From the IMG/VR virus record IMGVR_UViG_3300020044_001744, positions 1-24,673 of that record: a stretch of DNA of 24,673 nt. One strand, written 5' to 3'. The notes beneath the pieces were generated by a model. It did no database searches. It worked only from the letters and a program-made list of their open reading frames with translations, and had not been told where the DNA came from. Source of the DNA: a virus (Duplodnaviria; Caudoviricetes). Position numbers and translations under genes: made by a program. Positions 1 to 6,468 of this stretch are shown in pieces (within the stretch, counting starts at the first letter, position 1; the number at the start of each line of letters is the position of its first letter).

Positions 1-68
1 GGTTCTGGGTCCTCTGCCGTCTGCGCGACGCCATCTCCTTTTCCCATATGTTTAAACTTTGTTCGCTC
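1..68 (-). repeat. diverged inverted copy of 5295-5362
   Basis: The reverse complement of 1-68 matches 5295-5362 at 56/68 nt with no gaps. The first 27 nt are identical. Confidence 0.9.
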
Positions 69-101
69 TGTGCTGTGATTTCCCCTTCGGAGCCATGTCA
101 T
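1..101 (-). CDS. possible partial CDS running off the left edge (MTWLRRGNHSTERTKFKHMGKGDGVAQTAEDPEP...)
   Basis: Manual translation from ATG at 101 (alternative in-frame ATG at 47), open to the window edge. Positions 1-68 are a diverged inverted copy of 5295-5362. Too short to be sure it is coding. Confidence 0.3.
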   Translation of the reverse strand, partial: MTWLRRGNHSTERTKFKHMGKGDGVAQTAEDPE

Positions 102-244
102 CACCTCGCACTAACCCAGACTATTTCAACCACCGCGCTCTAGGTTTCGCCCACGCTCCCTGCTTTGGCTTGCTCGTGTAACAGGGTATTTAACAGGCGA
201 CCACCGACGTACCGCATTGCCTGCGAGTTGGGGTAATGGGGGGA

Positions 245-342
245 TCAGAACTAAGACGGCTCACATAAAGCAGTGTTGCTTTAGCATTTCGTCCGATGGT
301 TACATCTGCATTGGCGCTAACCCAATGCCCGTCTAGTTCTGA
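245..342 (-). ncRNA. putative multi-stem (4-way junction) structured RNA
   Basis: Closing helix 245-259/329-342 (14 bp, one bulge) encloses three hairpins: 266-272/277-283, 295-298/303-306 and 308-314/322-328. It lies downstream of the leftward promoter. Strand is inferred from the promoter. Confidence 0.55.
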
Positions 343-433
343 AAAAGAAAAAGCCACTTACAACTGCCCCGTAGTGGTTCCCCTGTACGGGGCGAGGCAT
401 GTGTAAATGGCTTTCACCGTTGACCACTACGAC
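342..433 (-). promoter_or_regulatory. structured leader / terminator-antiterminator-like element
   Basis: Outer stem 350-362/402-414 and inner stem 365-371/393-399 each contain a G-U pair that forms only on the minus strand. Hairpin CCCC/GGGG at 380-392. U-rich tract follows at 342-352. A perfect 9-nt complement links 423-431 with 370-378. Confidence 0.65.
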
Positions 434-442
434 AACGATTGA

Positions 443-473
443 ATTATAAGCACAACTATTCAGGTTGTGTCAA
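443..473 (-). promoter_or_regulatory. sigma70-type promoter, leftward (TTGACA-19 bp-TATAAT) with dyad CACAAC-N7-GTTGTG
   Basis: Perfect -35 (468-473) and -10 (443-448) on the minus strand. Spacer 449-467 is 19 bp. Inverted repeat at 451-456/464-469. Confidence 0.7.
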
Positions 474-679
474 GCAGTATCAAAAATATATTTTCGGCAA
501 TAAGTACTTTTTAGCGTATCCGGGGTGCGCCGCAAGCGTTTAAACATCAACAGCGTAACCCGGCGGAGGATTTTTATGCGTTTAAACATTTGCTGCTGGC
601 CAACTGCTGTGTTTTACGCACCTGTTGTATTTTGCTGCTGTTTTGGTTTAAACTTAGGCACTCTCTCCTCAGCAGTTGC

Positions 680-1090
680 CTATGTTGAGCTTAAGCCCTT
701 CCGAGTTTTCTTGGTGGGGCTTTTTTTTGGGGCTACCTCAGGGAGCTTTTCAATGATGATCTCAGAGCGGGGGTTCTCAGGGTCTAGCCCCCAATAGCAA
801 TGACGCTCTTTAACCTGACGGTCGTTCTCATATATAAGACCTTGCATCAGGTCTAGGATCAGGCTCTCATCTAGGTCGGGTCGCCTTGACGCATAAAAAA
901 TATGCAGAGTAACCCGCAGATCTCCCGTCATTAGGGTAGCAAGTGGCCGGCACTGTTGTTTAAAAACATCAGAGTAACTTAATGCTTTCTTAGACTTAAT
1001 CAGCCTAGACATACCACCGTAGTGTACAACTCTACGCGAATTAGCCTTTGACGCAGGCTCTCCAAAAATAATTTGTGATAGCACTTGCAA
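680..1090 (-). CDS. RusA-like Holliday junction resolvase / endodeoxyribonuclease
   Basis: Motifs GEPASKANSRR, RRPDLDESLILDLMQGLIYENDRQV and DPENPRSEIII match the RusA pattern PD.DN...D.L.G..Y.DD.QV. The start is probably TTG 1090 or GTG 1084 rather than 1162, because longer starts overlap the divergent promoter and gene. Confidence 0.8.
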   Translation of the reverse strand: MQVLSQIIFGEPASKANSRRVVHYGGMSRLIKSKKALSYSDVFKQQCRPLATLMTGDLRVTLHIFYASRRPDLDESLILDLMQGLIYENDRQVKERHCYWGLDPENPRSEIIIEKLPEVAPKKSPTKKTRKGLSST

Positions 1091-1113
1091 TTCTTCTGCG
1101 CAATCGCTATTAT
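1085..1113 (+). promoter_or_regulatory. sigma70-type promoter, rightward (TTGCAA-17 bp-TATTAT)
   Basis: -35 at 1085-1090, -10 at 1108-1113, 17-bp spacer. It sits 35 nt upstream of ATG 1149, which has GGAG at 1141-1144. Confidence 0.65.
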
Positions 1114-1148
1114 TGAGGTTCGGATTCATAACAACCTTTGGAGAGTAA

Positions 1149-2015
1149 ATGAAGATAACCAATAAACAGAATCTGCCCGCACCACTAGTGGCTTTGCTGT
1201 CACGTAACTACTACAGCAAGGGGGCATCACAGTATAGCGTGACTGAGTTAATGTCGCCACCAAAGATTCGCAGACTACGCGAACAGTACGATGAGTCGAT
1301 GGAGATCGACGTAACCAAAATGATTGCCTCTCAGCTAGGCACATTCATGCACGGCAAGCTTGAAGCCAAGGAAGTTGAGGGCTACCACAACGAGGAGCGC
1401 ATCTTTACCGAGATTGATGGCGTGGTCATCAGCGGTGCGATCGACCTACAACAAGTGGTAGATGGCGGAGTTGTAATCATCGATTACAAGTTTGTTAAGG
1501 CGTGGTCAGTCAAGCAGGGTAAGTCTGATTGGGAAACGCAGTTGAACATCTACAAGTGGCTTGTGGAGTCTGTCAAGCGTGTACCCGTCAAGGGCTTGCA
1601 GATCTGCGCCATCATCAAGGATTACTCTGCACACGACACCTCTGAGGGCTACCCCGAGGCAGAAGCCATCATGATTGATGTCCCAATGTGGGACGCAGTC
1701 AAGACCGAATCCTATGTGCGTCAGCGCCTAGATATGCACCGCCATGCCCGTATGGCTCACGATTTTGGAGAAGAGCTTCAGCCCTGCTCCGATGAAGAAC
1801 GGTGGATGACCGAGACGGTCTACGCCACTAAGAAGGAAGGACGCAAGTCTGCGATCCGTTTATTTAAAACGATAGAGGAAGCCACAGAGTTGGCAGAAAA
1901 GGAAAAAGGCTATGTCGAAATCCGCAAAGGCGAACCCAAGCGTTGCACAGGAGACTTCTGTGGAGTCAGTAAGTGGTGCAGTCAATACCAAGGAGAAATC
2001 AATGTCCCCGCTTGA
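1149..2015 (+). CDS. PD-(D/E)XK (Cas4/RecB-like) exonuclease
   Basis: GTFMH, EERI, SGAIDL, IIDYK and QLNIY nuclease motifs. Four C-terminal Cys (CSDEERW...RCTGDFCGVSKWC). Directly upstream of an annealase and SSB. Confidence 0.85.
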   Translation: MKITNKQNLPAPLVALLSRNYYSKGASQYSVTELMSPPKIRRLREQYDESMEIDVTKMIASQLGTFMHGKLEAKEVEGYHNEERIFTEIDGVVISGAIDLQQVVDGGVVIIDYKFVKAWSVKQGKSDWETQLNIYKWLVESVKRVPVKGLQICAIIKDYSAHDTSEGYPEAEAIMIDVPMWDAVKTESYVRQRLDMHRHARMAHDFGEELQPCSDEERWMTETVYATKKEGRKSAIRLFKTIEEATELAEKEKGYVEIRKGEPKRCTGDFCGVSKWCSQYQGEINVPA

Positions 2016-2697
2016 TTTATTGAAGGTCAACGTCAATGACCACACCGAGAAGAAGAACGGCTTAACGTACCTGTCATGGGCGTGGGCATGGGCTGAGGTT
2101 CTCAAGGCTGACCCAACCGCTACGTTCGAGGTCAAAACGTTTGTGAATGAAAAGTGCATGATGATGCCCTATATGGATGTCAACGGCACAGGCATGGTAT
2201 GGGTCACCGTCACCATCTTTAACAAGCCTATGACCTGTATGTTGCCTGTGATGAATCATCGCAACCAACCCATTCAGAACCCTGACGCTTTCCAAGTTAA
2301 CACTGCGATTATGCGTTGCATGACCAAGGCAGTTGCCCTGCACGGCCTGTCTTTGTACATCTATGCAGGTGAAGACTTGCCCGAGTCAGATGCTCCAACC
2401 ACGATGGGCGAGTTGACCAAACAGGAAGACGCTCCCAAGTACGAGAAGATTGTTGCTAAGACTGCACCCAAGGCAGACCAAACCTTGGACAACTCTGACG
2501 CAAGTAGGCAATTGTTTGCAGACGGGATGATTGAATACACGTCCCACTGCACCACAGTAGCTGGTTTAAACAGCTATTGGAAGAGCAATCAACTTCAGCT
2601 TGACTCGCTGAAGGTGACGCACCCTGACCTCTATCAAGGGGTCTTAACCAAGTTCCAAGAACTTAAAAAATCCTTTTCTAACGGAGAAACTAAATGA
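2002..2697 (+). CDS. DUF1071 / Sak3-like single-strand annealing protein
   Basis: VNDHTEKKNGLTYLSWAWAW, LPVMNHRN and NTAIMRCMTKAVALHGLSLYIYAGEDLP are family signature motifs. True start is ATG 2002 behind AAGGAG, not 1912. Confidence 0.88.
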   Translation: MSPLDLLKVNVNDHTEKKNGLTYLSWAWAWAEVLKADPTATFEVKTFVNEKCMMMPYMDVNGTGMVWVTVTIFNKPMTCMLPVMNHRNQPIQNPDAFQVNTAIMRCMTKAVALHGLSLYIYAGEDLPESDAPTTMGELTKQEDAPKYEKIVAKTAPKADQTLDNSDASRQLFADGMIEYTSHCTTVAGLNSYWKSNQLQLDSLKVTHPDLYQGVLTKFQELKKSFSNGETK

Positions 2698-2993
2698 GTA
2701 ATGAGTACCAAGCAAAGCCGGATTCCGGCTCCATGTTCGCAACCCAAAGCAAGAAGACCCCCAAGTCTCCCGACTACTTTGGGACGTTCCATATCAACCT
2801 CAAAGACCTGACCAACATCAAGTCTGAGAACGGCCTGACCGTGATCAAGATATCCGGATGGAAGAAGGTTGCCAAGAACGGCAAGACCTTCCTGTCCTTG
2901 GCCGTGGATCGTTTTGTGCCACAACAACAAGGTGGTGGACGCTACGAAGACCAATCCCAACAACCCGCTGACGATAGCGACATTCCCTTTTAA
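2694..2993 (+). CDS. phage single-stranded DNA-binding protein
   Basis: GSMF...KSPDYFG...ISGWKK...GKTFLSL core, Gln/Gly linker and acidic DDSDIPF tail. ATGA-coupled to the annealase. Confidence 0.8.
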   Translation: MSNEYQAKPDSGSMFATQSKKTPKSPDYFGTFHINLKDLTNIKSENGLTVIKISGWKKVAKNGKTFLSLAVDRFVPQQQGGGRYEDQSQQPADDSDIPF

Positions 2994-3003
2994 GGAGACC
3001 ACC

Positions 3004-3498
3004 ATGAAAGTTGATTTTAAAAAAGCGCACAACAAAAGCTTGCCCATCTTGAAGTATCGTATCGCCCACCCCGACGCTACGTTTGACGAAATTGCCGAAA
3101 GGTTTAAACGTACCCGTGCATCCATCTATTCGTTGTTTAAAAAACACGGCCTCGTTCACTTGCCCGAGCCAACACGTCGGATCATTGAGGATCCGTTTGA
3201 TATCGGACATGAGATACCCGTGATTGCCAAGCAGGAAATGATTAACTTTGAAGATTTCAAGATTCAACATCCGGAAGAGTTGTATTCAAAGGTCGAGCCT
3301 ACACAAGGTCAGCAAGTACTGCGTGAAGAGATTGATCGTTTACACGCAGAGATTGCAAACTTGGACATCCTTGATGACGTGAATGACAGCATCATTGCCC
3401 AACATGCGGCTGAGATTGAGCAGTTGAAGAGCGACATCATTGGCTACCGTGCAGTAATCTCCTATTTACAAGGACGACTTGATGGCGTTACAGTTTGA
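3004..3498 (+). CDS. helix-turn-helix protein with C-terminal coiled coil
   Basis: HPDATFDEIAERFKRTRASIYSLFKKHGL is HTH-like, and the C-terminus is heptad-rich. ATG 3004 follows AAGGAG. Confidence 0.65.
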   Translation: MKVDFKKAHNKSLPILKYRIAHPDATFDEIAERFKRTRASIYSLFKKHGLVHLPEPTRRIIEDPFDIGHEIPVIAKQEMINFEDFKIQHPEELYSKVEPTQGQQVLREEIDRLHAEIANLDILDDVNDSIIAQHAAEIEQLKSDIIGYRAVISYLQGRLDGVTV

Positions 3499-3874
3499 AG
3501 CCCGTAAAGTTGCGTTGAAGCAAGACCGTACAGGTTTTATTTTGACGCTTGCCATGCATCCTGACGATGTTCCGGAGGAGATCCTCCGTGACTTTGTCGG
3601 GACACGGTACGCCTGTGCGGTGGTTCGCATCAATGATGATGAGTCACCGATGGAGTACGACAACCGAGTTAAGAAGGCGGGGATGCTATGTCGGGATCAA
3701 GACTTTCAATTCTTTCTAGGAGTTGACAACGAAGATGCTGCGGCTGACAAGCTGTGTAAACACTGCGGTATCGAATCAAGAACAGAACTCAATGGGAATG
3801 CCAACGCCAAGATAATCTTTGACAGGTTGGTGGCATCCTATTCAGACACGAAAGTAATCGATGACCCTTTCTAA
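3482..3874 (+). CDS. hypothetical phage protein
   Basis: 130-aa ORF overlapping both neighbours. Contains C.IESRTEL. No function recognised. Confidence 0.7.
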   Translation: MALQFEARKVALKQDRTGFILTLAMHPDDVPEEILRDFVGTRYACAVVRINDDESPMEYDNRVKKAGMLCRDQDFQFFLGVDNEDAAADKLCKHCGIESRTELNGNANAKIIFDRLVASYSDTKVIDDPF

Positions 3875-4172
3875 GAAACTTAAACCCTTCATGACCTACA
3901 TGGATGACCATGACTACGTCAAACTTAAACGCTTTGCCAAGTCTAAGAAGGTCACTATGGCTAGGGTTCTGCGTGAGGGATTGATCATGCGGATGGCTGA
4001 GGAAAACCCTTACATGACCGGCTTCAATGACGGTCTTGATAAGGCTATGGGTCTGATGTCGGCTAACACTGCGGCTCAGATGCGTTTCCCATCAGGCAAA
4101 TCATTCGCAGAGATCATGACCGACGAGATCATGCAACACCGCATCCGCGAGGTTCCAAATGAAACTGCTTAA
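3861..4172 (+). CDS. putative ribbon-helix-helix (CopG/Arc-like) DNA-binding protein
   Basis: N-terminal PFMTYMDDHDYVKLKRFAKSKKVTMARVLREGL fits the strand-helix-helix pattern. Confidence 0.6.
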   Translation: MTLSKKLKPFMTYMDDHDYVKLKRFAKSKKVTMARVLREGLIMRMAEENPYMTGFNDGLDKAMGLMSANTAAQMRFPSGKSFAEIMTDEIMQHRIREVPNETA

Positions 4173-4389
4173 CGGTCAGCGCAATCAATGTCAGTCGTGC
4201 AAAGAATACTTCAACAGTGTTGGAGCATTCGAGAAGCATCGCACAGGCAAGTATGGCGTTAGCCGAAGATGCAGAACTCCCGAAGAGCTTCTGGCTCTGG
4301 GATGCAGTTTAAACAAGGATGGGTTTTGGATTACCAAGAAACGTCCCGAAGATTCATACACACCAAGGAGTCAAGATGATGATGACTGA
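4159..4389 (+). CDS. small zinc-binding protein (phage FDxHR-type)
   Basis: CQSC-x9-FEKHR...RRC. GAGG upstream. Confidence 0.7.
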   Translation: MKLLNGQRNQCQSCKEYFNSVGAFEKHRTGKYGVSRRCRTPEELLALGCSLNKDGFWITKKRPEDSYTPRSQDDDD

Positions 4390-4555
4390 AAAGCTACGCA
4401 AGAAAGCCCGTTGCTTATACAACAACGATATGGTTCCCGAACATGTCAATCGACACAACCAACGCAAGTGGGTACGTGCAGTCCTGCGATTGGGCGAGCA
4501 TTGGCTGACTGCCAAGCCAATAGGGAGACTTGATGCAACCCAAAGTAATTCTTGA
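4376..4555 (+). CDS. small basic hypothetical protein
   Basis: AAGGAG at 4365-4370 then ATG 4376. 59 aa containing NRHNQRKWVRAVLRLGEHWL. Confidence 0.7.
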   Translation: MMMTEKLRKKARCLYNNDMVPEHVNRHNQRKWVRAVLRLGEHWLTAKPIGRLDATQSNS

Positions 4556-4739
4556 GTTTCTCTACCCCGATGACGAAGACAGACTTCTGTTTGCCGTCAA
4601 AGGGCCGGAGATGTACAAGGCGCTCACAAACATCAAGATGGCGGTGACCGGTAGTTTTCACACCAAGGCTGATTTAAACGCAGTCCTTGACCGAGTACGA
4701 GATTTAACAGACCAAATATTTGAGGAGCTAGGAGAATGA
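4533..4739 (+). CDS. hypothetical protein
   Basis: GGGAG then ATG 4533. ATGA-coupled to the next gene. Confidence 0.7.
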   Translation: MQPKVILEFLYPDDEDRLLFAVKGPEMYKALTNIKMAVTGSFHTKADLNAVLDRVRDLTDQIFEELGE

Positions 4740-4918
4740 CACACGAGGAGAGGGAGATGGATTTAAACATTGCAGACCTAGAGGCAGAGAACCGTAGGCT
4801 CAAGAAGGTTGAGAATGCGGCTCGGCTTGTGATGAAGGCTTTCAGTAACAGTATTGACTACGACGCATGGGACAAGGCTCTTGATGCGCTTGAGGCGGTG
4901 CTGAAGGAGAAGCCATGA
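4736..4918 (+). CDS. hypothetical coiled-coil protein
   Basis: ATGA overlaps at both ends, with GAGGAG/AGGAG upstream. Confidence 0.7.
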   Translation: MTHEEREMDLNIADLEAENRRLKKVENAARLVMKAFSNSIDYDAWDKALDALEAVLKEKP

Positions 4919-5073
4919 ATGAGAAATCAAGAGTAACGACATTGGTGCTTGTGATTCCATTTGTTATTTCAGCTTGTATTCAATTCTTCCCTGCGTGGTT
5001 GTATTGGCCTATTGCTGTACTTGGCGGGATGATTTGGTTGGGTGCATTAGTTAGGTTGGGTGATATGGAATGA
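4915..5073 (+). CDS. small two-helix membrane protein, 52 aa (not in the ORF track)
   Basis: Manual translation MNEKSRVTTLVLVIPFVISACIQFFPAWLYWPIAVLGGMIWLGALVRLGDME. AAGGAG upstream. ATGA overlaps with both neighbours. Confidence 0.75.
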   Translation: MNEKSRVTTLVLVIPFVISACIQFFPAWLYWPIAVLGGMIWLGALVRLGDME

Positions 5074-5369
5074 ACAAATCAAAGACACCTGAACCACTGT
5101 ACAGGCAGTTTGTGCCCGAAGAAGACCGTGGCAAGGTGGCGGTCAGCAAGTACTACCGAGTCAATCAGAACATGGATGGGTTAGGTGTAGGTCTGCATCC
5201 ATACAACGTAGAGTGCAACATACGAATTGACTTTGGTCAGGATGGTGGCATCTACAAAGTTGAGTGGAGCAACAAAATATTAGGAGCAAGAAATGAGCGA
5301 ACAAAGTTTAAACATATGGGAGAAGGCGCTGGGGTGGCGCAAGCGGCAGATGATCATGAAACAACTTGA
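5070..5369 (+). CDS. hypothetical protein
   Basis: ATGA-coupled start. The last 77 nt overlap the next gene in another frame. Confidence 0.6.
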   Translation: MNKSKTPEPLYRQFVPEEDRGKVAVSKYYRVNQNMDGLGVGLHPYNVECNIRIDFGQDGGIYKVEWSNKILGARNERTKFKHMGEGAGVAQAADDHETT

Positions 5370-5493
5370 TCCTGTCTCCAACAAGATACGTAATGACACC
5401 TTAGAAGAGGTGGCTAAAGAGTTTGACCAAATGAAAAACGGTGGCGACACCTCGGCAAGCTTTGCCGCCTACGTCAGAGGTATGAAGAAATGA
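5293..5493 (+). CDS. hypothetical phage protein
   Basis: TAGGAG upstream. IRNDTLEEVAKEF...GDTSASFAAYVRGMK. ATGA-coupled to the next gene. Confidence 0.75.
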   Translation: MSEQSLNIWEKALGWRKRQMIMKQLDPVSNKIRNDTLEEVAKEFDQMKNGGDTSASFAAYVRGMKK

Positions 5494-5672
5494 ACGGGTT
5501 TGCACAGCAACAGCTTGAGATCGGTAGCAAGCAACCAACACACAAGTTTAAACACTGCGATAAATGCGCAGCCAGCAAACCACCGGAGGGTGGTATTCAG
5601 ATGAATCCTACCAAGTGGTACTGCGCCCCTTGTTGGGCGTTACGAGCTTCAAGAAGACCAAAGAATTCCTAG
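5490..5672 (+). CDS. small zinc-finger protein
   Basis: CDKC...KPPEGG...WYCAPC. Confidence 0.72.
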   Translation: MNGFAQQQLEIGSKQPTHKFKHCDKCAASKPPEGGIQMNPTKWYCAPCWALRASRRPKNS

Positions 5673-5825
5673 CCAAGTGTCGGTTTAAGTTGCTTGTACT
5701 AGCCTTGTAGATGTGACTGTAGAGCAACGGAGTTGGAAGGACTTGGCTATGCGGTATTACGACCTTCTTACTCCATATTCCTACCTATGACGGGGGGCAT
5801 AGACGAATCTACTAACCCCCCACTT
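5670..5825 (+). ncRNA. putative structured intergenic RNA / attenuator
   Basis: The only large gap in the operon. Complementary pairs: 5670-5678/5741-5749, 5689-5694/5723-5728, 5729-5740/5763-5774, 5792-5797/5816-5821 and 5707-5712/5807-5812. Confidence 0.45.
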
Positions 5826-5843
5826 TAACTTTAAGGAAAAAGA

Positions 5844-6017
5844 ATGCCTAGACCCAAACCACCATCACCACTCAAAGGCCGCAACATGCGGATGTCTGAT
5901 GTTGAGTGGCTAATGTTTCAAGAGCTTGGCGGGGCTGATTGGCTCCGCAAGTATGTGAAGAAGAAAGCAAAGTTCCCGCTGCAACACTATGAGTTTAAAC
6001 AACAGGAGAAATCATGA
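5844..6017 (+). CDS. small basic putative DNA-binding protein, 57 aa (not in the ORF track)
   Basis: Manual translation MPRPKPPSPLKGRNMRMSDVEWLMFQELGGADWLRKYVKKKAKFPLQHYEFKQQEKS. TAAGGA upstream. ATGA-coupled to the next gene. RHH-like pattern. Confidence 0.75.
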   Translation: MPRPKPPSPLKGRNMRMSDVEWLMFQELGGADWLRKYVKKKAKFPLQHYEFKQQEKS

Positions 6018-6244
6018 TTCAAAAAGCAGACGATTATCAAATAGATGGCCGCCATTACAAAGACATGGAGATGCAACCATGGGATGTGATGGAGGCAGTG
6101 CTTACGCCCGAGGAGTTTGTTGGGTTTCTGAAGGGAAACATCATCAAGTACGCCATGCGGTCGGGACACAAGGAAGGCTCTCATGACTCCGAGAAAGCCC
6201 GTCACTACGCCCACAAGCTTTCAGAGTTTCAGGCGTTGCTATGA
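6014..6244 (+). CDS. DUF3310 (SaV-like / T7 gp1.7-related) protein
   Basis: QIDGRHYK...QPWD...GFLKGNIIKYAMRSGHK...D.EKARHY signature. Confidence 0.85.
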   Translation: MIQKADDYQIDGRHYKDMEMQPWDVMEAVLTPEEFVGFLKGNIIKYAMRSGHKEGSHDSEKARHYAHKLSEFQALL

Positions 6245-6468
6245 ACGAGTGTAAACGCGAGTACTGCGAATTCATCGGCAGCAAGGCTTTTGAAGACGAC
6301 GGAGGTTGGAGCTACGAGGTTTGGACAGCAGCGCAGGATGCTGCGTTTAAACGTATTGCAGCAAGGTTTGCTGGTTATGGGGACATTGACTATACCGGCC
6401 ATGAGATTGCTCGCTACGTTAACTTCTTGGCAAAATCAAACGGGGTCAGTCAAGATGTACCGAAATAA
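6241..6468 (+). CDS. hypothetical protein
   Basis: ATGA-coupled 75-aa ORF. Confidence 0.65.
   Translation: MNECKREYCEFIGSKAFEDDGGWSYEVWTAAQDAAFKRIAARFAGYGDIDYTGHEIARYVNFLAKSNGVSQDVPK

Noticed and set aside
1-68. Repeat pair 1-68 / 5295-5362 as a diversity-generating retroelement TR/VR
   Set aside because: Mismatches are not confined to adenines in either copy, and there is no reverse transcriptase in the window.
245-342. tRNA gene or hammerhead/twister ribozyme
   Set aside because: No TTCRA T-loop or 7-bp acceptor geometry. GACGAAA and AACACTGC occur, but the rest of the catalytic consensus (CUGANGA etc.) is missing.
1149-2015. CRISPR-associated cas4 / CRISPR locus
   Set aside because: No repeat-spacer array or other cas genes. 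The context is a phage recombination module.
1126-6214. Minus-strand ORFs opposite the rightward operon (e.g. 2634-3125, 2845-3270, 5987-6214) and alternate-frame 5989-6186
   Set aside because: They lie entirely over well-supported, translationally coupled plus-strand genes.
1912-6454. ORF-track starts at 1912, 2869, 4319 and 6290
   Set aside because: They create long overlaps. Downstream ATGs (2002, 3004, 4376, 6455) fit better with Shine-Dalgarno sites and/or family N-termini.
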